DNA of 64,000 nt from Poseidonia sp. (GTDB lineage: Archaea; Thermoplasmatota; Poseidoniia; Poseidoniales; Poseidoniaceae), in the NCBI GenBank assembly GCA_965661285.1, contig CBFIDD010000003.1, forward strand, positions 269,161 to 333,160. Reading direction: 5' to 3'. Under the pieces are notes generated by a model. The model saw nothing but the letters and a program-made list of their open reading frames with translations, was not told the DNA's origin and ran no database searches. The translations under genes were made by a program, and so were the position numbers. Each line of letters begins with the position of its first letter. The stretch's first letter is position 1. Below, in pieces: positions 47,964-57,196 of this stretch.

Positions 47964-49151
47964 ATGGCGAAGGGGGTTGAGGTTCTCAACGGGAGTAAAC
48001 CGACCCGTTCCGACGCCGTCAAGGGGGAGGACGGGCGCTGGCGGACCACCAAAGGCACGCCTTTGCCAGTGAGCGCCAGCGACCTCGAGCGATACACCTA
48101 CTGCCCGCTTTCGTGGCACCTTGCCGCAACGGGTACCAGCGGAGAAAGCGCTGCTATAGAAGAAGGAAAACGGCAACATCAAGCGATTCACGAGTCCATC
48201 ATGGACCTCAAGGGGCATCAGTTTCAAACCCGTAGAAATTTGTTGATTTGGCAGTGGTGGTTCAGCGTCATCGTGCTCCTCCTCATCGACACCGTCGCCT
48301 TTCGCTACATCGACGATATCGACCTCAACGTCATCGAATTTTCCAGGATGCTCGCCGTCGGTGCCCTCTCGTTTTTGCTGGTCGGCATCGCCGCCCTGTT
48401 GGTTCCGTGGCGAACGACCATCGGTCTCAACCGACCATTTTTGCCAGCCTTAGAAGGCCATGTTGAACATGTCGACCCTATTATTGAGCCACGAGACTTC
48501 ATGGGCGGCTGGTTCCAAGCCGGTTTACTTGAGACCTTCATGTTCATCGCTGCCATTGTCCTCGCTCTCCACTCAAGTGCACTGCTCTTTGCTGAAGATC
48601 GGGAGCAAGCATCTTTTGTGCTGGCCACCACCACCCTCGGATGGACGTTGCTCGCTTCGGTGGTCTTGCGTCGAGCCCTCCAAGCCAACGCGCTGGCCCA
48701 GAACATCGCTGCCAAAAACGACCTTAGCGTGGACGACGAAATCTCCTATTCTGACGACGAGGAGAAAGCCCAACTCCTTATCGACGACGAAACCGGCCTG
48801 CGCGGCCGGCCCGACCAGATTGTCATCATCGATTCAGAGTTCATTCCTGTTGAACAAAAAACCGGGAAGGTTCCCAAGCGCCCCCACGACTCGCACCGCC
48901 TTCAGGCGCTGGCGTATGCCCGTCTTGTTGAGAAAACAACGGGCCGCTCTCCGCCCTACGCACTGCTGCGCTACGGTCAAGACAACCTGCACCAGTTGCC
49001 CTGGGATGAAGCGGCACAAGAGGAACTCTTCGCACGCATCCACGATGTACAACAAGCCATGGCAGAAGGGGGTGCCGTGCGCAATCACGAACGGCCTGGG
49101 AAATGTCGGCATTGTTCTCGACAGTATGCATGCGACGCCAGTCTGGTGTAA
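47964..49151 (+). CDS. Cas4/Dna2-like PD-(D/E)XK nuclease with four inserted TM helices
   Basis: SASDLERYTYCP, GRPD...VEQK, QALAY, KCRHCSRQYAC, and four hydrophobic segments between them. Confidence 0.85.
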   Translation: MAKGVEVLNGSKPTRSDAVKGEDGRWRTTKGTPLPVSASDLERYTYCPLSWHLAATGTSGESAAIEEGKRQHQAIHESIMDLKGHQFQTRRNLLIWQWWFSVIVLLLIDTVAFRYIDDIDLNVIEFSRMLAVGALSFLLVGIAALLVPWRTTIGLNRPFLPALEGHVEHVDPIIEPRDFMGGWFQAGLLETFMFIAAIVLALHSSALLFAEDREQASFVLATTTLGWTLLASVVLRRALQANALAQNIAAKNDLSVDDEISYSDDEEKAQLLIDDETGLRGRPDQIVIIDSEFIPVEQKTGKVPKRPHDSHRLQALAYARLVEKTTGRSPPYALLRYGQDNLHQLPWDEAAQEELFARIHDVQQAMAEGGAVRNHERPGKCRHCSRQYACDASLV

Positions 49152-49153
49152 AC

Positions 49154-49711
49154 TCAGAAACAATCGTCAACCAGCGGGTACTGCGTGCAGGTGTTGGTAA
49201 TGGTGACGATGATGACAAAATTGTCCTGAACCGACCCCAACGTGCTCTCGCCGCCGCCTCGTGCTTTGACATCCAATTCCCAATCGCCCTTGGCAAACGA
49301 CGGGTTTGGCAAGAGGCTCTCTTCAAGGGGCGTGGCGTCTTCGCTCACGTCTTGTTCCCACTGGACCATGCCTTCGCTGTCGGTCAACGTGGCCCGAACA
49401 TATCGGCTCTCGTTGTCCCAAAAGGACGAGGGGAGATTGCGCGAGAGTTCGAACGAGACCTTGAAGTAAACACCGATTTCGGTGGTTTGGTCGGTGACGG
49501 CGAACGTGGACCGATTGGTGTATTCGTTGGCGTAGTCCGTCAGAGAGGTGAAGGTGTGCGTGATGGTGATCTTCTTGTTGTTCAAGTCCTCATAGGCTGG
49601 TTCGCGGAGCGATTCGACCGATTCTCGAGCAACGATCAATCCCATGCAACCCGAGGTGGACGCCATCAGCACCACCATGACGAGGACCGCACCGAGACCG
49701 GGTCGCCGCAT
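49154..49711 (-). CDS. Putative lipoprotein
   Basis: MRR, hydrophobic stretch and TSGC lipobox. Confidence 0.75.
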   Translation of the reverse strand: MRRPGLGAVLVMVVLMASTSGCMGLIVARESVESLREPAYEDLNNKKITITHTFTSLTDYANEYTNRSTFAVTDQTTEIGVYFKVSFELSRNLPSSFWDNESRYVRATLTDSEGMVQWEQDVSEDATPLEESLLPNPSFAKGDWELDVKARGGGESTLGSVQDNFVIIVTITNTCTQYPLVDDCF

Positions 49712-49861
49712 GGGCTGACCACCGGTCCCGAGACTATGAAGTCCACGCTAGCGCCGTGCCGAGCAATTGAAAACACACCGACCCTTGGTCAACCCGTCTG
49801 AATGAAGCGAACTTGAGGCCGAGCCCCGGCGATGACGACCCCTATGAACGCCGACAGACGC

Positions 49862-52669
49862 TCAACCAAACTTGGCACCGCACACCGAACACTCCATCGC
49901 ACCAACGGGGAGGTCAGCACCACAGGCGCCGCACTCATCGGTCTGTTCGGGCTCATTCTTCTCGGCTTTCCGAGGCGCTCGGCGGCGAGCTGGTTTACTC
50001 CCTTTGGGCGTCGGGGCCTTTTTTGACGGATTGGCTGCTGAGAACGAAACGTCGTCATCGTCGTCAAAGGCAAAATTGGCCGTGGCTTCTTCCACCTCGT
50101 TGCCGGCAAACGACGAGTCGGTGAGGCTCATGCCCACCTTGACCTTCTCGCCCGGCAGGACACCCTCTTCGCCCGTGATCTCGAACAGTTGTTCACGAAT
50201 GGCTGCATCGGAAGCGCTGAGTTCGCCGGATTCTTGTTCCAAGGATTTGAGTTCACCCTTCTCGGAAAGGATGGAGTCAAGACCTTTGTCAGCCTTCTCA
50301 GCAGGGGAGCGCAACGTCGTCATGACCTGTTCTTTGTAGGCCTCAATCTCTTCATCGGTCATGTCTTCCATGGCCATTTCATCGGCGAAGCGACGGTCGT
50401 AAGCGGCTTCCACCTCGGCTTCTGCAGCCTGGATGTTGGTGTCCCATTCATCTTCAAGATGGTCTTCATCAAAGCCGAACGCCTTGACGGCATCAGCAAA
50501 GTTTTCCGTTCCGGTCACAATTTCATCGCCGTCGTCCTCGGGAAGAGCAACCTCTTCTTTGACGACCTCACGACGTTCACGACGCTCCCTGCGTTCAAAG
50601 AAGGACGAAACATCCTGAGCAGCACCGCAATAGACGCAATTTTCGAGGAGATCGGGAATGGATTCGCCGCACTCGTGACAGTCGTGGAATTGATTCCTCG
50701 CCTTCTTGAGGTTGAACATGCAGTGCGGGCAGCGGTCTTCTGTACCTTCCAACTCACCATCGCAAGCAGGGCAGTATTCGTAGATGTCCCGCTCAACCTC
50801 CTCCTCGCGCTCCCGGGTCAACACCACGGCGGCGACCAGCGCTCCAATGAGGCCGAGGGCGACAAGACCGAACAGGGTCAACGTCCCTGCTTCCGAACTT
50901 GACCCAGCACCATCGTCGCCGGTGGTGCTGGCCAGGGTCGCAAAGGATCGTGAAAAGGTCGTGCTGATGGAGGTGTCCTCTGGGATAAGGCGGATGCTGG
51001 TCATGGCGGCCGTGGCGGTAAAGGTGCAGGAGAGTTCGGCACGGTCGCCTCTGTTTTCCACGTTGACGGACATGGTCGAGAGCACCGTGTTGCTCGCATC
51101 TCGACAGGTGTAGTTGGCCTGACCGGTCTCTTGGCTCGTCAAACCGATGGTGAGGGTGTAAACCGCTCCATCGGCCAACGGCATGGTTGGTACCTCGTTG
51201 TCAACGTCCAGCAACTCCAAGGAAGCGTACTCCCAATCCAATTTGAGTTTCGATTCCACGAGCACCGTGCCGGTGGCAAAGGAGTTCTGCTTATTGGCGT
51301 CCCAACTTCCAGAGGCGGCCACCCATTGACCCTCAAAGTCGGCGGTGTGTGCACCCAAAGCCGTGGGCAGAGACACCGTCCATGTGAAGGCTTCACCGGC
51401 GTCGAGCAGGATTGGAGGCGATTGACCTTGAAGGCCGTCAAAGGTGTATTGGATGTTGCCAGAAACGCCGATATCGCCCGTGTTTTCCATGGTCACTCGC
51501 CATTCCACGTCCTCGCCCGATTGAACCGAGGGAACGGTTGGAAGGGCGTTGGCGTCCACGTAGACATCGGGGATCGGGTAGATGGTGAGCACGCCCGAAG
51601 CAATGTCGTTGTCGGTTCGCTCCTGCTCGTATCCTGCAGCGTTGAAAGGGTTGATCTTGGCAGAGATCACGTGGTCTCCGTCGGGAAGAGAAGCGAGCGT
51701 GGACGCATTGAGGACAGTGCTGAAGGCTTGTTCGGTATACCCCATGCCGCTCATTGAGACCGTGAAGGGCTGACCGGTGATCATCCCGCCCGAGAGCGTT
51801 GGCAACTGAAGTCGCACGGGGACGTCAATCGGACCGGTTCCGTTGGTTCGCACCATGGTGCCTTCCACGATCCACGGTCCTTCGAGCGCTCCTTCAGCGG
51901 TGGTGACCGTCAGGTCGTCTTTGAAACTCAAATCCATTCGCGTGGCGACCACAAGCTCAACATCGGACATCTTGTTCATCTCCGAGGCTTCCTCGACGAC
52001 GTTTTCGGCATCGGGCGTGACTTGAACGAGATGGACACCGCTGCTCGGTGCCGTGATGGTGGTGTTCACCCACGCCGATGAGCCCGCTGTCAAGGCAGGC
52101 GTGGTGAGCAGGACATCGCTGGATTCGGGGACTTCGACCAGGAGCTTCGTCTCCGGTGCTTCAACGCTTCCAGAATTCAAGACCAACGTGGACAACGCGA
52201 CCGTATCGCCCGAATACACAACGTCCGTATCGGTCAATTCGAGCGTATCGATGCGAAGATTGGCCAGACCCTGGACGTCGAATTCCTTGTTGAACCGTGC
52301 TTGTACATCGCCACCGGCTGAGAATTCAAACCACACCTTGTGGGTGCCTTCGGTGAGGCCTGACCATGTCGTGCTGGCCGTGTAGTAGTCTTCAGCGGCC
52401 ACCGTGACGGCATCCAAAAGAAGGCGATTGGCGGGCGTGATGCTCTCTTTGTAAAACGCGATTTCAACATCCAACGCATCGCTCTGCTGACTGTTGTAAA
52501 GCACCACATCGATGTCGACCGAACCGCCCATGACGGGGTTTTGTGGCGTCAGGGACATGGTGAACTCAGAGGCTTGGACGCCACCGCTCGATTCGGCGTG
52601 AGCAGAAAGGGGGAGAACGCTGGCAACAAGAAGGCAGAGGATGAACATCGCCTTTGCTTTCGGCTCCAT
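49862..52669 (-). CDS. Secreted/membrane CARDB-domain protein with cytoplasmic zinc ribbons and acidic region
   Basis: Signal peptide, CARDB-like motifs (TPDAENVVEEASEMN, ERTDND), a TM, four CxxC motifs, then terminal CGAC...CSVC. Confidence 0.85.
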   Translation of the reverse strand: MEPKAKAMFILCLLVASVLPLSAHAESSGGVQASEFTMSLTPQNPVMGGSVDIDVVLYNSQQSDALDVEIAFYKESITPANRLLLDAVTVAAEDYYTASTTWSGLTEGTHKVWFEFSAGGDVQARFNKEFDVQGLANLRIDTLELTDTDVVYSGDTVALSTLVLNSGSVEAPETKLLVEVPESSDVLLTTPALTAGSSAWVNTTITAPSSGVHLVQVTPDAENVVEEASEMNKMSDVELVVATRMDLSFKDDLTVTTAEGALEGPWIVEGTMVRTNGTGPIDVPVRLQLPTLSGGMITGQPFTVSMSGMGYTEQAFSTVLNASTLASLPDGDHVISAKINPFNAAGYEQERTDNDIASGVLTIYPIPDVYVDANALPTVPSVQSGEDVEWRVTMENTGDIGVSGNIQYTFDGLQGQSPPILLDAGEAFTWTVSLPTALGAHTADFEGQWVAASGSWDANKQNSFATGTVLVESKLKLDWEYASLELLDVDNEVPTMPLADGAVYTLTIGLTSQETGQANYTCRDASNTVLSTMSVNVENRGDRAELSCTFTATAAMTSIRLIPEDTSISTTFSRSFATLASTTGDDGAGSSSEAGTLTLFGLVALGLIGALVAAVVLTREREEEVERDIYEYCPACDGELEGTEDRCPHCMFNLKKARNQFHDCHECGESIPDLLENCVYCGAAQDVSSFFERRERRERREVVKEEVALPEDDGDEIVTGTENFADAVKAFGFDEDHLEDEWDTNIQAAEAEVEAAYDRRFADEMAMEDMTDEEIEAYKEQVMTTLRSPAEKADKGLDSILSEKGELKSLEQESGELSASDAAIREQLFEITGEEGVLPGEKVKVGMSLTDSSFAGNEVEEATANFAFDDDDDVSFSAANPSKKAPTPKGSKPARRRAPRKAEKNEPEQTDECGACGADLPVGAMECSVCGAKFG

Positions 52670-52835
52670 GCACCTCCTTAGTCATCCAAAGCACTTGAAC
52701 CCATCTCCGAGAAGGCGGAAAAAAACGACGGGCGGCACCTTTCTGCGGTTGCCCAACCACCAAAAAGAAAGGAATCCACTTCACAACAGGAGAGGAAGGG
52801 GAGAGTTGAAGGCTCACCGTAGGTGAGAGAGAGGC

Positions 52836-54656
52836 ATGGGACGAAGCGTCGCGGCCGTTTGGCTGGTCACCCTTCTGCTGTGTTCCCTCATCCCCGGGAC
52901 GTGGCTTGGGCCCGAAGGGGTCGATGAACTCCAAGAAGGGGCGGTTGTCTCTGCAAGCGCCTCAAACCTCGTCATCGCCTTCTCCAACGGTCCGGCGGAC
53001 AACGACGAAATCAAAGGCACCCATGCCCTAACCTTCAGCGTTTCGGGCAGTGGTACGCTGGCCTCGTTGTTGATTGAAATCACCACGGATGAGTCAACGT
53101 GGACCACCGTGGTCAACCTGACGACGACGCCGTGGATGTTCCCGCTTGACACGACCGGCTACACCAACGACACCTACAAACTCCGAGCCTCGGGGTGGGA
53201 TAGCGACAGCGAGAGTTTCACCCTCGCCACCTCAGGCTGGTTCGACATCGTCAATCAGGTCCCTGTCATCACCACCTTCACCGTACTCAATCCAGACGCC
53301 GGGACGGGTGCAAGTCTGGCCGACCGTGCTTGGTTCAACATCGACGCACAGGGCACCATCGCCTTCCGTTGGGGCGCCAGTGATGATGACTTGAAACAAG
53401 CAACACTCGCCAATGTCCCCGGACCGGGAACGCCGCCCACCGATGGACCAACATCCCTGAGTTATGGATGGGATTGGAGCAGCGGAAGCATGCAGGAAGG
53501 CACCTGGTCGCCACGACTGACCGTCCAAGACAACTCCGGACTTTCCGCCACCTCAACCCTGTTCATTGGCATTGACCGCACGGGGCCGACCATCGGGAGC
53601 GTAACCGTAGGCGACGGAAGTGCATGGCAGCAATCCAACAGCGTCACCGTGAGCGGCTTGCTGACCCAAGCGGATGACGGCCAGGGCTCAGGCGTTGCCA
53701 GCGTGCAATACGCCTTGGGCGAGCAGCCATGGTCCACGACCATCACCGACAGCATCACCCTCACCCTTGAGGAAGGCATCCACACCCTCACCCTACGAGC
53801 CGTTGACCGGGTGGGTAATATCGGCGAAAACAGCACGGTCACCGTTCGTGTCGACCAAACAGCACCCATCGGATTGTCCTGGACGGTGGACGAGTTGACG
53901 ACCAGCAGAATCGGAGCGGCCAACATTGCCTTCAGTGCTGAGGACGCCGACTCCGGCATCGACAACGGTTCCTCCTACATCCAGTACGGCTTTGATTCCA
54001 ACGGCGTGGGTGAAACCCCCGACCTCTCCGGCCGATGGTTGACGTTGGGCGTGAACGGTCTCTCAGGTCAAGTAGGACTCGCCAGTTGGGCGACAAAGTC
54101 CCGACAACACCTGATGCTGCGGGCCATCCTCGTCGACGAAGCGGGCAACTCGTACACAACACAAGCATCGTCATACCAAATTCTGCCCGGGCTCGACCTT
54201 TCGTGGAATATCAGCCAAACCAACGTTGACCGCATCGTGGTCCGGCCCGGCGAGCAAACCGGGAACATCACCATCACCAGCGTGTTGGAATCGAACGAAG
54301 ATTACGGTGGAAGCGTCATCGTACGCCTTGAAACCGCTCCAGCCGACCGCTCTTCAAACGTTGACTGGACGGTCATGGAGACACGAAACCTGCCGGCCGG
54401 TACGCTCTCAAACAGCACCGAAACCATCGTATGGCAGTACACTGTACCTCGTTCGGGACAGTTTGACCTTCGCCTCGTGATCGATTTCGCTGACGTCATC
54501 GATGAGTACGATGAAGGAAACAATGCGAACTACCTCGTCGTCACCGGCGCTGCGCTCGACGCCCCCGGACTCGTGCCGTCCTTCGCCCCTTCGTTGCTGG
54601 TCATCGTCCTCGTCGGCTTCGCCCTCAGCCTGCTCCAGCGCCGGACAAGGGATTGA
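52836..54656 (+). CDS. Secreted Ig-like/CARDB surface protein with C-terminal PSF-TM-RR sorting-like signal
   Basis: Signal peptide, AVDRVGN / DRTGP / DQTAP Ig motifs, IDEYDEGNN, and VPSFAPSLLVIVLVGFALSLLQRR. Confidence 0.8.
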   Translation: MGRSVAAVWLVTLLLCSLIPGTWLGPEGVDELQEGAVVSASASNLVIAFSNGPADNDEIKGTHALTFSVSGSGTLASLLIEITTDESTWTTVVNLTTTPWMFPLDTTGYTNDTYKLRASGWDSDSESFTLATSGWFDIVNQVPVITTFTVLNPDAGTGASLADRAWFNIDAQGTIAFRWGASDDDLKQATLANVPGPGTPPTDGPTSLSYGWDWSSGSMQEGTWSPRLTVQDNSGLSATSTLFIGIDRTGPTIGSVTVGDGSAWQQSNSVTVSGLLTQADDGQGSGVASVQYALGEQPWSTTITDSITLTLEEGIHTLTLRAVDRVGNIGENSTVTVRVDQTAPIGLSWTVDELTTSRIGAANIAFSAEDADSGIDNGSSYIQYGFDSNGVGETPDLSGRWLTLGVNGLSGQVGLASWATKSRQHLMLRAILVDEAGNSYTTQASSYQILPGLDLSWNISQTNVDRIVVRPGEQTGNITITSVLESNEDYGGSVIVRLETAPADRSSNVDWTVMETRNLPAGTLSNSTETIVWQYTVPRSGQFDLRLVIDFADVIDEYDEGNNANYLVVTGAALDAPGLVPSFAPSLLVIVLVGFALSLLQRRTRD

Positions 54657-54681
54657 AAAGCATCAGGCCTCACGCCCGACC

Positions 54682-55431
54682 ATGCGACAGTCGCTTCCCC
54701 GTGTACCCAAAGACCGTATCGCGGTCATCATCGGTGCCAAAGGGGCGACCAGCAAAGCCATACGCGAGGCAGCTGGCTGTCTGAAATTCATCATCGATTC
54801 CGATTCAGGAGACATCGAAGTGGAATGGGGTGAGGTCGGCACCTACGACCCCGTCAAGGCGATGAAACTGCCCGATGTGGTGAAAGCCATCGGACGAGGA
54901 ATGGCGCCTGATGCTGCCATCCGTCTGTTGGATGATGACCACTTCTTCGAACTGGTGGACATCCGAGAATACGTCGGGAAGCGGTCCAATCAACAACGAC
55001 GCATTCGAGCCCGAATCATCGGTCGACAAGGAAAAATCCGCAAACTGATCGAGCAGTTGACAGACACGCAAATCAGCATCTACAACTCGACGGTCGTCTT
55101 GGTCGGCGAAGAGAGCGGCCTGTTTGCAGCACGCCAAGCCATCGAGATGCTGGCGGGTGGCTCGGAACACGGCACGGTCATCGGCTTCCTCGAACGGGAC
55201 CGAAAGCGTGCCCGCCTCGAGAGCCGTTCCTTGGACGCCTTCGAAGAGCGTAAGCCTGCAAACCAAACCAACGCTGGCTTTGAGGGATTGGTTCCCGGTC
55301 TCGCAGAAATTTCGCAGCAGCGTCGCAACCGCCGTATGAAAGCCGCACAAGTGGACCCGCAGGACGATGATGCGGTTGCTGAAATGATGGAGCTCGCTGA
55401 AGACGAAGTCGTCACCTGGGAAGAAGAGTGA
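54682..55431 (+). CDS. KH-domain rRNA processing protein Dim2/Pno1
   Basis: RIAVIIGAKG, VKAIGRG, RIIGRQGK, AIEMLAGGSEHGTV. Confidence 0.92.
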   Translation: MRQSLPRVPKDRIAVIIGAKGATSKAIREAAGCLKFIIDSDSGDIEVEWGEVGTYDPVKAMKLPDVVKAIGRGMAPDAAIRLLDDDHFFELVDIREYVGKRSNQQRRIRARIIGRQGKIRKLIEQLTDTQISIYNSTVVLVGEESGLFAARQAIEMLAGGSEHGTVIGFLERDRKRARLESRSLDAFEERKPANQTNAGFEGLVPGLAEISQQRRNRRMKAAQVDPQDDDAVAEMMELAEDEVVTWEEE

Positions 55432-56421
55432 TCACTCGAGCAGTTCAATTTGCTCCACATCGGACACGTCCATGTTGAGCACCTCGTACATGGCACCTGC
55501 CAAGTCAACATCCAATCCGTTCTTCTGCCCCCACTCAACCAGTCGAGTGACATCCCGCACGAGGAATTCGTGCGCTTTGGGATGGCTGTCAACCACCGCT
55601 TGACCAACATCGATGACGCAGGGTCTGCCCTCGTGCCAGAGAATGTTGTAGGGAGAAAAATCGCCGTGAACGAGTTTCGCCTTTTGCCAGGAAATGGCGA
55701 GGAAGCGGAGCAGGTCGTCGTACACCTCGGCGGGCTGGTCGATGTCCACATCACGAAGCTTGGGTGAGGGCGAGGTGCTCGAGCCCAAGTACTCCATCAC
55801 GAGGACGTTTTTGTGTACGCCTTGTGGATGAGGGACGTTGAGCCCCCAACGTGCCAAGCGGTTGAGGTTTCGATGTTCTTTCCGAACCCAAACCTCGACC
55901 AAGTCTCGGTGTTTTCGACGCAAGCCGGTGAACCGAGGGTCGCCTTCGATGTACTGAATGAGGTTCTTGAAAACGGCGTTTGAGGTATGGAAAATTTTCA
56001 CCGCAACGGTCTCGCCGGCAAGGTTGGTTCCGTGAAACACATGGGCCTCCTTTCCACGTGCGACCGGAAAATCGAGGGTGTCGATGACGCCGGATTTCAT
56101 CATCTTGTAGAGCGCCATGAGCGTCAACCGGTCAAACACCTGGTCAAATACGCGTCGGTCAACCCAATCGTAGGTCCCCGAGCCCATCGCGCCCTGAATT
56201 TTCGCCTCAATGTCTCGAAACATGGTGTTGAAGCGCTTTTCCTTCATCCACTCGTAGCGACCTCCTCGGTCGTTGAGTCCGCTCAAGAACTCATTCTGCT
56301 CCGCTCGTTGATGTTCATCGTCCAAGCGCTGAGACTTGGAACGGTGCTTTCTGTTCTTGCGTGATTTCCGACCTTTTCGAGGGCGACCGGCCAATTCATC
56401 CCAGTCGTCCTCGTTGCCCAT
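55432..56421 (-). CDS. rio1: RIO1 family atypical Ser kinase
   Basis: GKEAHVF, AVKIF, YIEGDPRF, WVRKEHRNL, LVMEY, VHGDFSPYNIL, IDVGQAV. Confidence 0.95.
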   Translation of the reverse strand: MGNEDDWDELAGRPRKGRKSRKNRKHRSKSQRLDDEHQRAEQNEFLSGLNDRGGRYEWMKEKRFNTMFRDIEAKIQGAMGSGTYDWVDRRVFDQVFDRLTLMALYKMMKSGVIDTLDFPVARGKEAHVFHGTNLAGETVAVKIFHTSNAVFKNLIQYIEGDPRFTGLRRKHRDLVEVWVRKEHRNLNRLARWGLNVPHPQGVHKNVLVMEYLGSSTSPSPKLRDVDIDQPAEVYDDLLRFLAISWQKAKLVHGDFSPYNILWHEGRPCVIDVGQAVVDSHPKAHEFLVRDVTRLVEWGQKNGLDVDLAGAMYEVLNMDVSDVEQIELLE

Positions 56422-56438
56422 GCGACTTCCTCATCGGC

Positions 56439-57116
56439 TCAAGCAAACAAGGCGTCGATGTCATCATCATCGTCGTCATCGTCGCCTTCGGGTTCTTCTT
56501 CCACGACGTCGTCAACAACGGCAGGAGGTGCTTCTTCGCTCGCCTCCTCGACCTCGGCAGGCACCTCGGCCTCCCCGTCCTCAGCGAAGAGGTCATCGTC
56601 GCCATCATCGGCAAAGAGATCGTCATCGTCATCGTCGGCGAAGAGGTCGTCGGCGTCGTCTTCAGGTGCCGGGTCGTTCGCTTCATCCATGTTGCCAGAT
56701 GCGAAGAGATCGTCGTGCTCGCCGTCATCGTCAACCCTGGTGCTCATGCCGAACATGTCGACATCGTCGGGAAGGACGCCTTTTCGAGACAGGTACATGG
56801 CCTGAGTTTTGGTATAGCGGTGCTTGACGTCCGCCTTTGAATCTTGGAAATCCCACGGCCAGACGATGATGAGGTCGCCTTCACGAACCCATTGGCGCCG
56901 GCGCATCTTTCCTGGAATGCGAGCCATACGTGTTTCGCCGTCTTCGCAGAGGACGGTCACACGGCGACCGCCGAGAATTTGTGAGGCGAGGGCAAACATC
57001 TCGTTGACTTTCTTATTGGGCATCTTGACACGGATTTTACCGTCACTTGCATTTTCGGGGTTTTCAAGACGTGCGAGTTCTTCCACGTCCACTTTTTCCT
57101 CAAATCTGCGACCCAA
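56439..57116 (-). CDS. eif1a: Translation initiation factor aIF1A with long acidic C-terminal tail
   Basis: LGGRR...CEDGETRMARIPGKMRRRQWVREGDLIIVWPWDFQDSKADVKHRY. TTG start after an AGGTGA RBS. Confidence 0.92.
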   Translation of the reverse strand: MGRRFEEKVDVEELARLENPENASDGKIRVKMPNKKVNEMFALASQILGGRRVTVLCEDGETRMARIPGKMRRRQWVREGDLIIVWPWDFQDSKADVKHRYTKTQAMYLSRKGVLPDDVDMFGMSTRVDDDGEHDDLFASGNMDEANDPAPEDDADDLFADDDDDDLFADDGDDDLFAEDGEAEVPAEVEEASEEAPPAVVDDVVEEEPEGDDDDDDDDIDALFA

Positions 57117-57196
57117 CCAGTCTCACCTGCTTTGTCCAGCGGCCAACCCTTCTTGAAGTCATCACCCGAATCGGGGCGTTTTGGGGTCCCGGGGGC

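Noticed and set aside
47964-49151. CRISPR-Cas locus
   Set aside because: Only a solo Cas4-like gene is present. No repeat-spacer array or other cas genes were seen.
56450-56720. TCATCG/TCGTCG-like tandem DNA repeats as a CRISPR or VNTR
   Set aside because: Explained by Asp codons in the aIF1A tail. There are no unique spacers.
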